This document shows positions 40,888 to 50,354 of a stretch of 64,000 nucleotides of DNA, piece after piece (positions within the stretch are counted from its first letter, which is position 1; every line of letters begins with the position of its first letter). Below the pieces are notes generated by a model that did not search any database, was not told the origin of the DNA, and was given only the letters and a program-made list of their open reading frames with translations. Source of the DNA: Fidelibacterota bacterium (GTDB lineage Bacteria; Pseudomonadota; Alphaproteobacteria; Rhodospirillales; Rhodospirillaceae); NCBI GenBank assembly GCA_947475295.1, contig CANJLF010000002.1, forward strand, positions 120,690 through 184,689, written 5' to 3'. A program made the translations under genes and the position numbers.

Positions 40888-41296
40888 GCAACTCACGAGA
40901 GGAGAGATTCACGCGACAAGCGACTTCGTGTCGGTGCATTATCGCCTCGGCGAGCGCTCACGCCACCTGATCGGCGGCGAGCACTTCGCGAAGATGAAAC
41001 CCACCGCCTATTTGATCAACACCTCGCGCGGCGAGATTTTGCGCGAAAACGAGCTGATCGCGGCATTGGAGAAAAAGCAGCTCGCCGGCGCGGGCCTGGA
41101 CGTCTTCGCAGAAGAGCCCCTGGCCAAAGACCATCCGTTCCGCAAAATGGAAAACGTGGTCATTACGCCGCATATCGGCTACGTGACGACCGAATACCTG
41201 ACGAATGCGTATCGCCAGACCATGGAAGATATTGTCGCCTTCATGGACGGCAAGCCGATTCGGATACAGCCGTACCGCACCGTGAATATCGACTAA
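40874..41296 (+). pseudogene. C-terminal fragment of a paralogous 2-hydroxyacid dehydrogenase (lacks the NAD-binding half)
   Basis: SDFVSVHYRLGERSRHLIGGEHFAKMKPTAYLINTSRGEILRE...ITPHIGY aligns with residues ~265-395 of the upstream gene. No GxGxxG region. It begins in a different frame right at the upstream stop. Confidence 0.6.
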
Positions 41297-41323
41297 CAGA
41301 ACACAAGACTACGCCATGAAAAT

Positions 41324-41358
41324 GGGCCGGCCCCGCGAGGGACCGGCCCACTTTTTTT
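41324..41358. terminator. bidirectional rho-independent terminator
   Basis: GGGCCGGCCCC-GCGA-GGGACCGGCCC hairpin, with TTTTTTT after it on + and a TTTT equivalent on -. It sits between convergent genes. Confidence 0.65.
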
Positions 41359-41376
41359 GACGCTTATCGGCTTATC

Positions 41377-42417
41377 TTAAAGGCCGGTCGCCAGATAAGG
41401 CTTGAGCTGGGCAAAACGGAGTTCGATTTCGGCCTTTTCTACCGGCAACTGGGCAACTTCCACGACGGTGTAGTTTTTCCCGGCCGCGCCGGCGCCAGCT
41501 CTACGCGCCATCAAGCTCTTGAACACGCCGCGCTTGTGGAAGACATAGCGCTGCGTGCCGGGAATGAAGGTCTCGCAGTTCATCATCAGCAACATCTTGG
41601 AGAAGATCTCCGCGGCGAGGTCCTTCTTGCCGGCTCTGTAAGCCTTCAATATGGCCACGCTGAGGTCGGCGTAAGCCCCTTGCGCGGTGGCTTGTCCGTC
41701 AACGCCGAGGGCGAGGTCGTAAAGGTAGCTGGGACCGCCTCCCGTGCTGAGGACCATTCTTAAGCCCGGCTTGGCGGCGATATCGGCGCGGATATGCGCG
41801 GGGATCGGGTTGCCCTCTTCTTTAACATAACCGAAGTTTGGGAATTCCTTGGCCAGGCGCAGATTGGTCGCGAGGCTGGGAAACCCCTGCGGGTTATTCG
41901 TCATGATGATCGGCCGCTTGGTGATCTTGGCCACGGGCGCAAAATAGTTATAGGCCTCGTCATCGGTAAAGGGCTTGTTCGCAGGCGGTTGCACCGCGAT
42001 GCCATCCGGGTTCAGGCTTTCGGCTTTGGTGACATACTCCAGCATCGTGGCTTGGTCAGCACCCTGGCAGGACAGCACTGACGCCATCTTGAGCGGCCGG
42101 CAGGCATTCGCAATCGTTTCAAAGCCTTTCATGCGCTCTTCTTTGCTGAGCAAGGGCGCATCGCCGCCGCCCAGAGGCCACAGCGAGCCATTCGCGCCGC
42201 AGCTCTCGTAGAACTTCATCGTCTTGGCCAGATCTTCGTGGTCGATTTCGCCCGTCGCGGTATAGGGCGTCGTCGACACCGGCATGATGCCGCCGATGGG
42301 CTTGGTGGCTTGCGCCGCCCGCGCCGGCGCTCCCGTCATCAGGATGGCCCCGCCGGCTGCCATCAGTCCAAGCGCCTCGCGGCGCACCATGCCTTGAATT
42401 CTGTTACGATCCGTCAT
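41377..42417 (-). CDS. dihydrodipicolinate synthase / N-acetylneuraminate lyase family aldolase with N-terminal Tat-type signal
   Basis: GGIMPVSTTPYTATGEIDHEDL...LSKEER...GYVKEEG (Schiff-base Lys context). N-terminus MTDRNRIQGMVRREALGLMAAGGAILMTGAPARAA. Confidence 0.7.
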   Translation of the reverse strand: MTDRNRIQGMVRREALGLMAAGGAILMTGAPARAAQATKPIGGIMPVSTTPYTATGEIDHEDLAKTMKFYESCGANGSLWPLGGGDAPLLSKEERMKGFETIANACRPLKMASVLSCQGADQATMLEYVTKAESLNPDGIAVQPPANKPFTDDEAYNYFAPVAKITKRPIIMTNNPQGFPSLATNLRLAKEFPNFGYVKEEGNPIPAHIRADIAAKPGLRMVLSTGGGPSYLYDLALGVDGQATAQGAYADLSVAILKAYRAGKKDLAAEIFSKMLLMMNCETFIPGTQRYVFHKRGVFKSLMARRAGAGAAGKNYTVVEVAQLPVEKAEIELRFAQLKPYLATGL

Positions 42418-42833
42418 TTCAGCCCCCGCTATTTTTGATTGGAATGGCTATGCACGGTAAATGATCGCGGACGGTGTTCCCGCGCATAACGCTTGTCAAT
42501 AGCAGTACCGCAGGACTTGCTCCGAGCGGCTGGTATGCCCTAGGCAATCCCATCTATGCCAGCCTGCCCGAAAATTAAAAAAACCCATGGAAATTCAATA
42601 TTTTAGTTCCGCACGCGGCTCTGGCCTCGCGGTGGGAAAAAATTGAATCGGGGTCTTGAAGCTTCAAAAACCACACTTACGTCGTCCTTGGTTCTCCTTT
42701 CACGGGAGGCCGCTTCACGTCTTTGAAACTGAAACCGTCATTTGCTTACGGGAGGGATGACCGCGTCATGACGAACGTTGCTAATGGAGTTCCTGTTATG
42801 GGAACGCAAAAGAGAAGGGAATGGAGAGGAACG

Positions 42834-43322
42834 ATGCCAACATCGAGAAAAATCGCCGCGGTAATCGTCGCTCAACTGGCTTTGACGCCAGTAGCCCATG
42901 CGGCTTGCAACGACACACAACCCGACACGCGTTACGCGCTGAACGGCGCTGAAGTTTATGATTCGAAAACCAACCTCACATGGCAGCGTTGCAGCCTCGG
43001 GCAAACCTGGAGCGAGAATAAGTGCACCGGATCGGTTACAGGAATGACCTGGGATCAGGCGAACAAGGCAGCACAGTCGGCTAAATCAGGCTGGCGCCTG
43101 CCGACCCGGCAGGAATTACAGAGTGTACTGCAAAACACATGCGGCCTGTCGCCCGGCGACAAGCTGGTCTTCCCGGATTTGGATATCATGTACTCCACGT
43201 ATTGGAGCGCGACTACGAGCGAACCGGCGCTTGCCTGGCTCGTAGGTTTTAACAACGCTTCCACCTTCAACGGATTCCGGACGGCGCCTAACGCCGTGAG
43301 ATTGGTGCGTACGGGAAAATAG
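42834..43322 (+). CDS. DUF1566 (Lcl C-terminal-like) secreted protein
   Basis: Signal peptide MPTSRKIAAVIVAQLALTPVAHA. TNLTWQRC...MTWDQA...GWRLPTRQEL...YWSATT motifs. Start at ATG 42834 after a GGAGAGGA Shine-Dalgarno. AT-richer DNA. Confidence 0.75.
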   Translation: MPTSRKIAAVIVAQLALTPVAHAACNDTQPDTRYALNGAEVYDSKTNLTWQRCSLGQTWSENKCTGSVTGMTWDQANKAAQSAKSGWRLPTRQELQSVLQNTCGLSPGDKLVFPDLDIMYSTYWSATTSEPALAWLVGFNNASTFNGFRTAPNAVRLVRTGK

Positions 43323-43342
43323 TCGGATCGAATTCGCCTTAG

Positions 43343-43374
43343 AAAGCCCCACCGGTTTTGGTGGGGCTTTTTTT
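43343..43374 (+). terminator. rho-independent terminator
   Basis: AAAGCCCCACC-GGTTT-TGGTGGGGCTTT hairpin followed by a T-run. Confidence 0.8.
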
Positions 43375-43611
43375 ACGGCATATGGCAGGGTCGCGTCCGG
43401 CCTTTTCAGCACATGATGCATGCATGAAATTGTATTGCGCTGCGGGATTAAAGGCCCTAGCATTTCTGGCCTATAGTTAACTTTATGATGCGTTGCGATA
43501 GATTCTTTCAACGCCCACAAATGAGGAACAATGCTTGCGATGAAGTGATTTGGGGAGGCAACGGGAGCGCCAGGCACGCAGTGGATCGAGTCCTATATAA
43601 GGAGACTTGCC

Positions 43612-44034
43612 ATGACCGATACAGATGCCACGCTGTTTTCGCATGTCAAACCAAAGGACACCCCATATCGCTCCGATGGCTTACGCGACTTCTTCCTTTA
43701 TCGCGATCTGGGCATTGCCAAGGCTACCCACGGCAAAGTCATCGCCCACCTCGTCAAAGCCAATCATCCGCCGACCAACGGCACCGGCTGGCACCGGCAT
43801 GTGGCCGATTTCCAGATCGTCATCATGATGAAGGGCTGGGCTAAATTCATGTACGGCGACAACGTGACCTTGGTTGAAGCCGGTGACTGCGTGCATCAGA
43901 GACCGGGGTTGGTGCATTATCTTTTCGACTATTCGCCGGACATGGAATATCTGGAGATCGTCTCGCCGGCCGATTTTGGAACGGTGGACGCGGAGGCGCC
44001 TTGCGCGGTGCCGCCGGTCACCCCGTGGACTTAA
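43612..44034 (+). CDS. cupin domain protein
   Basis: GWHRH...V.MMKGWAKF...G.....AGD...Q.PG..H cupin motifs. AAGGAGA Shine-Dalgarno. Confidence 0.7.
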   Translation: MTDTDATLFSHVKPKDTPYRSDGLRDFFLYRDLGIAKATHGKVIAHLVKANHPPTNGTGWHRHVADFQIVIMMKGWAKFMYGDNVTLVEAGDCVHQRPGLVHYLFDYSPDMEYLEIVSPADFGTVDAEAPCAVPPVTPWT

Positions 44035-44051
44035 ACGCAAGGCACTAGAGC

Positions 44052-46223
44052 GTGATGAATTGGATTCCCTCCGGCGGCCTTAAAGTCGCCAAGCCGCTTT
44101 ACGAATTCATCACCGACGAGGTTCTGCCCGGAACCGGCATTGCCGCGGCGGCATTCTGGACCGGGCTGGACGAAATTCTGCACGAACTTGCGCCGCGCAA
44201 CCGCGCCCTGCTGACTGAGCGCGATATACTGCAAGCCAAGATCGACGCTTGGCTGAAGGCCCGGCGCGGCCGCGATTTCGATGCGCCTACATATAAGGCG
44301 TTTCTCAAAGATATCGGCTATCTGAAAACCGAAGGGCCCGACTTTACGGTCGACACCGCCCATGTTGACCCGGAGATCAGCCGTGTCGCCGGCCCGCAGT
44401 TGGTGGTTCCCGTCGCCAACGCCCGCTATGCCCTCAATGCCGCCAACGCCCGCTGGGGAAGTCTTTACGACGCGCTTTACGGCACCGACGCTATTGCGGG
44501 CAAGCCGTCGTCGCCGGGTTACGATCCTGCACGCGGCCGCGAGGTCGTTGTCTTCGCCAAGCAATTCTTGGATCAAGCCGCGCCCTTGGCAACGGGCTCC
44601 CACGCCGATGCGACGGGATACCTGATCGAGGGCGTTGCGCTTAAAGTAAAGCTCGGCACCGGCACCGTCGTCGGTCTGGCACAGCCGGAGAAATTCATCG
44701 CTTCGCGCGGTGAAGCGTCCACCCCGTCGGTTATTCTTCTGGCCAACCACGGCCTTCACATCGAAATTCACGTCGACCGTCAGCATCGCATTGGCTCAGG
44801 TGACACCGCCGGCGTCAGCGATGTCGTGCTCGAATCCGCCGTGACCACGATCCAGGATTTTGAAGACTCCATCGCCGCCGTCGACGCGGAAGACAAAGTA
44901 GCTGCCTATCGCCATTGGCTGGGGCTGATGAAGGGCACTTTGTCCGCCAGCTTCCAGAAGGGGAAGGCTACCGTCGAACGTCATCTCAACCCAGATCGCA
45001 CATATACCACTGCGGATGGCGGCACACTCACGCTGCCCGGGCGAAGCCTTATGTTGGTCCGCAATGTCGGACATCTCATGACCCTCGATGCCGTACGGCT
45101 TAAAGACGGCACCGCCGCACCCGAAGGCATTTTGGACGCCATGATTACGGTGCTGATCGCGCTTCACGACATCAAGCGCAGCGGACCTTTGCGCAACAGC
45201 CGCGAGGGATCGGTCTATATCGTCAAGCCCAAGATGCATGGGCCGGACGAAGTCGCCTTCACCGAAACAATCTTCACGCGCGTTGAAGACGTCCTGGGGC
45301 TACCGCGCAATACCGTCAAGATCGGCATTATGGACGAAGAGCGGCGCACCACGGTCAACTTGAAAGAATGCATCCGCGCTGCCCAGCACCGCATTGTCTT
45401 TATAAACACTGGGTTCTTGGACCGCACCGGCGACGAGATGCATACCTCTATGGAAGCGGGCCCCATGATCCGCAAGAACGATATGCGCTCCGCCGCTTGG
45501 ATTAAGGCCTATGAAGACTGGAACGTCGATATCGGATTGGCTTGCGGGCTTCCCGGCCACGCGCAGATCGGCAAAGGCATGTGGGCCATGCCCGACCGCA
45601 TGGGCGATATGCTGGCCACCAAAATGGGTCATCCGAAAGCGGGCGCTAGCGCGGCGTGGGTGCCCTCGCCCACGGCGGCAACGCTTCATGCGATGCACTA
45701 CCATCAAGTCGATGTCGCGGAGCGCCAGCAGGAATTGAAGACACGCGCCCGCGCCAGCCTGGACGACATTCTCACGATACCGCTCGCCGACCGCCCCAAC
45801 TGGTCGGCCGAGGTGATTCAGCAGGAGCTCGACAACAATGCCCAGGGCGTTCTGGGCTATGTCGTGCGTTGGATCGACCACGGCGTTGGGTGCTCCAAAG
45901 TGCCCGACATTAATGGTGTCGGGTTGATGGAAGATCGCGCGACCTTGAGAATTTCAAGCCAGCATATGGCGAATTGGCTTTATCACGGCGTTTGCAGCGA
46001 AGATCAGGTCCGCGAGACCATGAAACGCATGGCGGCCGTGGTCGATGGACAAAACGCCGGCGATGCCGATTACCGGCCCATGGCGCCCCACTTTGAAAGC
46101 AATATTGCCTTTCAAGCGGCCTGCGACCTGGTTTTCAAAGGCCGCGCACAACCCAATGGCTATACGGAACCGCTCCTGCACCAGCGGCGCCTGGAGCTGA
46201 AGGCCCGCGAAAAGGCTCATTAA
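44052..46223 (+). CDS. glcB: malate synthase G
   Basis: 723 aa. [22 protein letters not shown]-terminus and central ...[14 protein letters not shown]...IMDEERRTT... pattern. Confidence 0.95.
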   Translation: MMNWIPSGGLKVAKPLYEFITDEVLPGTGIAAAAFWTGLDEILHELAPRNRALLTERDILQAKIDAWLKARRGRDFDAPTYKAFLKDIGYLKTEGPDFTVDTAHVDPEISRVAGPQLVVPVANARYALNAANARWGSLYDALYGTDAIAGKPSSPGYDPARGREVVVFAKQFLDQAAPLATGSHADATGYLIEGVALKVKLGTGTVVGLAQPEKFIASRGEASTPSVILLANHGLHIEIHVDRQHRIGSGDTAGVSDVVLESAVTTIQDFEDSIAAVDAEDKVAAYRHWLGLMKGTLSASFQKGKATVERHLNPDRTYTTADGGTLTLPGRSLMLVRNVGHLMTLDAVRLKDGTAAPEGILDAMITVLIALHDIKRSGPLRNSREGSVYIVKPKMHGPDEVAFTETIFTRVEDVLGLPRNTVKIGIMDEERRTTVNLKECIRAAQHRIVFINTGFLDRTGDEMHTSMEAGPMIRKNDMRSAAWIKAYEDWNVDIGLACGLPGHAQIGKGMWAMPDRMGDMLATKMGHPKAGASAAWVPSPTAATLHAMHYHQVDVAERQQELKTRARASLDDILTIPLADRPNWSAEVIQQELDNNAQGVLGYVVRWIDHGVGCSKVPDINGVGLMEDRATLRISSQHMANWLYHGVCSEDQVRETMKRMAAVVDGQNAGDADYRPMAPHFESNIAFQAACDLVFKGRAQPNGYTEPLLHQRRLELKAREKAH

Positions 46224-46255
46224 GCCCGCGCGGTCTTATGCTATGACGGCACTCC

Positions 46256-47938
46256 ATGCCGCCCGTTGTTCAGATCGACAATCTGTCATTGGTTTTTGCC
46301 GGAGCCAATGAAACCCACGCAGCACTGCGTGGGATTTCGCTGCATATGGACGCCGGCGAAATCGTCGGCCTCGTGGGTGAGTCCGGCTCGGGCAAGTCCG
46401 TCACGGCCATGAGCATCCTGCGGCTGCTTCCCACAGCAAAATTTCCCGAAGGCCGCATTACGGTTCTGGACCACGACGTACTCGGCGCATCGGCGCGGCA
46501 GCTGCAGGACATGCGTGGCGGCGAAGTGGCGATGATTTTTCAAGAACCCATGACCGCGCTCAATCCGGTTTTGCGCGTGCGTGAGCAAATCACCGACGTC
46601 ATCCTGCGTCACCGCACCATGACCCAGGCCGAGGCCACGACCCTCGCCTTAGATTTGTTGCGCGATCTGCGCATCGCCGATCCGGAACGCACACTTAACG
46701 CCTATCCCCACGAACTTTCGGGCGGCATGCGTCAGCGGGTGATGATCGCCATGGCGTTTTCCTGCCACCCTAAATTGATCATCGCCGACGAACCGACGAC
46801 CGCCTTAGACGTCACCGTGCAGGCCCAAATCCTCAGTCTCTTGAAAGAGCGGGCCACGGCCACCGGCACCGCCGTGCTGTTGATCTCCCATGATTTGGCG
46901 GTGATCGCCCAACTCTGCGATCGCGTTTACGTCATGTATCAGGGCGAAATCGTTGAACACGGGAGTACGCGCGCCGTCATCGGCGATCCGCAGCATGCTT
47001 ATACCCGGGCGCTGCTGAACGCCCTTCCCGAAGGCAAGCCGGCTAAATCGCGGCTGGAGACGGTGGCCGCGGTTATGCGCGGCGAAACCGCGCTGACCTC
47101 CGAACCAATTATAAAATCGACCATTCCGCGCAGCGGGCCTTTACTGGAGGCCGTGGATGCAACCGTGCGTTATCCGCGCCGCTACGACATACTGGGGCGC
47201 GCCGCCGGTCTCGCCACTGTCGTCGACGGCGTATCGCTGACCATTGCCGAAGGCGAGACGTTCAGCCTGGTCGGTGAATCGGGCAGCGGAAAAACATCCT
47301 TCGCCAATACGCTGGTGGGCTTGGCGCCCTTGGCCGCCGGCACACTGAGATACAAGGGACGCGATCTGAAAGACCTTTCGCCTGCCGCGCGGCGCGAAAT
47401 TCAAATCGTGTTCCAGGACCCGCAAAGCTCGCTGGACCCACGTTGGCCGGCGTGGCGCATCATGACCGAACCTTTAAGCCTCACCGCAGGCATAAACCGT
47501 GCCGATTTACGTGCCCAAGCCGTCATGCTGTGCGGCCTGGTTGGCCTTGATCCCGCCTCCATAGACCGCCTGCCGCATGCATTTTCCGGCGGCCAGCGGC
47601 AACGTCTCGCCATCGCCCGCGCACTGTCGGTGGAGCCGCGCCTGCTGGTTCTGGACGAACCGACCTCGGCGCTCGACGTCTCGGTGCAGGCGCAGATTTT
47701 GAATCTGCTGCTGGACCTGCAGGAGCGGCGCGGCCTCAGCTATCTCTTCATCTCCCACAACGTCAGCGTCGTCCGGCATATTTCCGACCACGTGGCGGTG
47801 ATGTATCAGGGCCGCATCGTCGAACAGGGCCCGGCCGAGGCGATTTTAAATCACCCGTCGCACCCCTATACCCGCGGTCTCATGGACGCCGTGCCGACTT
47901 TGGCGGGTCGCCAGGCGTCCTCCTCGCTCTTGCGCTAG
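46256..47938 (+). CDS. fused double ABC ATPase (oligopeptide/dipeptide DppD-DppF type)
   Basis: Two Walker A sites ([16 protein letters not shown]), two LSGG(M/Q)RQR signatures, two Walker B sites ([22 protein letters not shown]). Confidence 0.85.
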   Translation: MPPVVQIDNLSLVFAGANETHAALRGISLHMDAGEIVGLVGESGSGKSVTAMSILRLLPTAKFPEGRITVLDHDVLGASARQLQDMRGGEVAMIFQEPMTALNPVLRVREQITDVILRHRTMTQAEATTLALDLLRDLRIADPERTLNAYPHELSGGMRQRVMIAMAFSCHPKLIIADEPTTALDVTVQAQILSLLKERATATGTAVLLISHDLAVIAQLCDRVYVMYQGEIVEHGSTRAVIGDPQHAYTRALLNALPEGKPAKSRLETVAAVMRGETALTSEPIIKSTIPRSGPLLEAVDATVRYPRRYDILGRAAGLATVVDGVSLTIAEGETFSLVGESGSGKTSFANTLVGLAPLAAGTLRYKGRDLKDLSPAARREIQIVFQDPQSSLDPRWPAWRIMTEPLSLTAGINRADLRAQAVMLCGLVGLDPASIDRLPHAFSGGQRQRLAIARALSVEPRLLVLDEPTSALDVSVQAQILNLLLDLQERRGLSYLFISHNVSVVRHISDHVAVMYQGRIVEQGPAEAILNHPSHPYTRGLMDAVPTLAGRQASSSLLR

Positions 47939-47944
47939 CGTCAG

Positions 47945-47970
47945 AAACCCCGATTACACGGGGGTTTTTT
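47945..47970 (+). terminator. rho-independent terminator
   Basis: AACCCCG-ATTACA-CGGGGTT hairpin followed by TTTTT. Confidence 0.7.
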
Positions 47971-47994
47971 GCTGCGCCGCAATGTAAACCGGTC

Positions 47995-48003
47995 TGTGGA
48001 TAA
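47995..48003. promoter_or_regulatory. perfect DnaA box TGTGGATAA
   Basis: Exact 9-mer, embedded in GGTCTGTGGATAAC (identical 14-mer at 20881-20894). Confidence 0.45.
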
Positions 48004-48086
48004 CGTCGCCGCAGCGGACTCACGCGCCCGCGAATTCACGATTCAATTCAACGGTTTATGAATCGCTTTCGGCGGGCGCGGCGATT

Positions 48087-48095
48087 TTATCCACA
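48087..48095. promoter_or_regulatory. perfect DnaA box TTATCCACA (inverted relative to 47995)
   Basis: Exact 9-mer, 84 bp from the previous box, in the 380-bp intergenic region upstream of the HU gene. Confidence 0.45.
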
Positions 48096-48319
48096 GGTGC
48101 GCGGTCGATGACGCAACCCGCGACACGCAGAATCAGCCCGCAAACCGGGCCTTTGTTCACCCTCCCAGAACCGCGCCAAAACCGCCGGATGCAAGATGTA
48201 TCGAAGATCAGCGCATTAAATGCATTATTCGGTATTGCGACACTTGCATAACACGAGCGGGTGTGATTCTCTCCCGAGCGCAGTTGAACACTTCATATCT
48301 TCGAAAAAGGATCGATAAA

Positions 48320-48619
48320 ATGGCCACTACAGCCCCCAAACAAGCGGTCGTCACCCTCAAGCACCTCGCCGCCGAACTCGGCGAAAAGCATGAGCTGTCC
48401 AAGAAAGTCGCCGCGGAGATCCTGACGGATCTGGTAGGCCTGATCGCCAAGAACCTCAAGAAGGGCAACAAGCTGCGCCTCACGGGTCTCGGCATTCTCC
48501 AGGTCCGCAAGCGCCCGGCGCGCATGGGTCGCAATCCCGCCACCGGCGAAGCGATCAAGATCAAAGCCAGCAAGAAAGTTGCCTTCCGGGCCGCGAAAGA
48601 CCTGAAGGAAGCCGTCTAA
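48320..48619 (+). CDS. hup: HU-family DNA-binding protein
   Basis: GLGILQVRKRPARMGRNPATGEAIKIKASKKVAFRAAKDLKEAV HU arm motif. Start at ATG 48320. Confidence 0.9.
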   Translation: MATTAPKQAVVTLKHLAAELGEKHELSKKVAAEILTDLVGLIAKNLKKGNKLRLTGLGILQVRKRPARMGRNPATGEAIKIKASKKVAFRAAKDLKEAV

Positions 48620-48718
48620 TTTATTAGACAAGCGCCGGGGGGTGTTGCCTTAAGGCCGTCTTAGGCCTCGCCGCGTCCCCCGGCGACGATTTTGATGCGG
48701 CAGTTGATGTGCTGCCGC

Positions 48719-48748
48719 GCGGTCCGGTGTTGCCGACCGCTTTTTTTT
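48719..48748 (+). terminator. rho-independent terminator of the HU gene
   Basis: GCGGTC-N10-GACCGC hairpin followed by TTTTTTTT. It is preceded by a second hairpin, GCGGCAG-N7-CTGCCGC. Confidence 0.75.
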
Positions 48749-48756
48749 GCCAGATT

Positions 48757-49539
48757 TTATTGCATAAACCAGCCGTGACTCACGACCATTGATTGGCCGG
48801 TGAGCGCGTTGGATTCGAACGACGCGAAAAACAGCGTCGCGGCGGCCACATCCTCGATGGTCGTGAATTCGCCGTCCACGGTCTGCTTCAGCATGACGTT
48901 CTTGATGACTTCGGCTTCGGTGATGCCGAGGTCCTGGGCCTGTTCAGGGATCTGTTTATCGACCAGAGGGGTCCGCACAAAGCCCGGACAGATGACATTG
49001 GCGCGCACGCCGTGGGCGGCGCCTTCTTTGGCGACGACCTTGGCCAGCCCGATCAGGCCGTGTTTGGCGGTGACATAAGGCGCCTTCAGCACCGACGCCT
49101 CCTTGGAATGCACCGAGCCCATGTAGATGATGCTGCCGCCGCGGCCGTGTTTGTACATGTTGCGCAAGGCCGCGCGCGTGGTCAGGAAGGCGCCGTCCAG
49201 GTGAATGGCGAGCATTTTTTTCCACTGGGCGAATTCGAATTGATCAAGCGGCGCGATGATCTGGACGCCTGCGTTGGAGACTAGAATGTCGATGCCGCCG
49301 AAGACCTCGATGGCTTTGGCCATTCCGGAATCGACTTGGGCCTCGTTGGTCACATCTATGCCGACGCCCAAAGCCAATTTGCCCGAGGGATCCAGTTCTT
49401 TGGCTGTGGCTTCGGCGCCTGCGACGTTGAGATCAGCAATGACAACCTTGGCACCGGCGCGCAAAAACGCTACGGCGATGCCCTTGCCGATGCCGCTGGC
49501 GGAACCGGTGACGACGGCAACTTTGTCTTTCACGCTCAC
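48757..49539 (-). CDS. bdhA: 3-hydroxybutyrate dehydrogenase (SDR)
   Basis: KVAVVTGSASGIGKGIA, YVTAKHG catalytic motif, C-terminal ...VSHGWFMQ. Lies next to phaZ. Confidence 0.75.
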   Translation of the reverse strand: MSVKDKVAVVTGSASGIGKGIAVAFLRAGAKVVIADLNVAGAEATAKELDPSGKLALGVGIDVTNEAQVDSGMAKAIEVFGGIDILVSNAGVQIIAPLDQFEFAQWKKMLAIHLDGAFLTTRAALRNMYKHGRGGSIIYMGSVHSKEASVLKAPYVTAKHGLIGLAKVVAKEGAAHGVRANVICPGFVRTPLVDKQIPEQAQDLGITEAEVIKNVMLKQTVDGEFTTIEDVAAATLFFASFESNALTGQSMVVSHGWFMQ

Positions 49540-49553
49540 AGGCAGTCCCCTTC

Positions 49554-50210
49554 TTAGAACTCGGCGTCGACTTCCTCGAGCTCGTCGACCTCAAGTTTCG
49601 CAGCCTCAATCCATTCAGCCATGGCGGGCCATTTCATGATGACCTTGCAATAGCCGGCGCTGACATCGTCGGTCATGACGCCGTAGGTCAGGAACCGGGT
49701 ACACACCGGCGCATACATGGCGTCGGCCATGCAGAGCTTATCGCCAAACAGATAGGGCCCGCCGTAAGCGTGCAGGCAATCCTGCCAAATGGCAAAAACC
49801 CGGGCGATATCGGGTTTGGCCCCGGCCCAGGTCTTGAAGTCGTGATATTGCGCCTTGAGATTCATCGGCAAGGCGGAACGCAGATTATAGAACCCGGAAT
49901 GCATCTCGCCGCAGATCGACCGGCAATGAGCGCGAATCACCCGGTCCTCGGGCAGAAGCCCGGCTTTGGGAAAGGTCTCGGCTAGATATTCGGCGATCGA
50001 CAGGGTGTCCCAGATCCGGGCGCCCTTATGCTCCAGGCGGGGAACCAGGACCGAGGGCGACAAAAGCAGCAGTTCGGCGCGGTTGGTGGGATCGTCGATG
50101 GAGACGGTTTTTACGGCGATATCTAGCCCCGCCATCTTGCATAGAAGCCATGCCCGAAGAGACCAGGAGGAGTAGTTCCTGCTCGAAATCGTCAATGTGG
50201 CCGCGGCCAT
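49554..50210 (-). CDS. glutathione S-transferase family protein
   Basis: TISSRNYSSWSLRAWLLCKMAGL thioredoxin-like N-domain. Start moved to MAAATL (ATG 50210). Confidence 0.7.
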   Translation of the reverse strand: MAAATLTISSRNYSSWSLRAWLLCKMAGLDIAVKTVSIDDPTNRAELLLLSPSVLVPRLEHKGARIWDTLSIAEYLAETFPKAGLLPEDRVIRAHCRSICGEMHSGFYNLRSALPMNLKAQYHDFKTWAGAKPDIARVFAIWQDCLHAYGGPYLFGDKLCMADAMYAPVCTRFLTYGVMTDDVSAGYCKVIMKWPAMAEWIEAAKLEVDELEEVDAEF

Positions 50211-50354
50211 AGCCTTGCCCCTTCCGGCAATTAACCAGGGGGCCCGGGTAGCCCGCCCAGGGGGGCCGCCAGAGCCTTGCCAAAGGATCATCTCGCAATG
50301 CAGCATAAATTGCACTAGGCTTTATGAAGTGGCCTTCGATTTACTGGAGTAAGG

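Noticed and set aside
43405-43430. ATGCATGCAT palindrome upstream of the cupin-glcB genes as an operator
   Set aside because: It is a short alternating palindrome in AT-rich DNA, with no second copy and no adjacent regulator. It could easily be chance.
47971-48319. Calling this intergenic region the chromosomal origin (oriC)
   Set aside because: There are only two DnaA boxes. No hemE, dnaA, dnaN, parAB or gidAB context is present. I cannot compute GC skew here. The region is kept as a regulatory, origin-like observation only.
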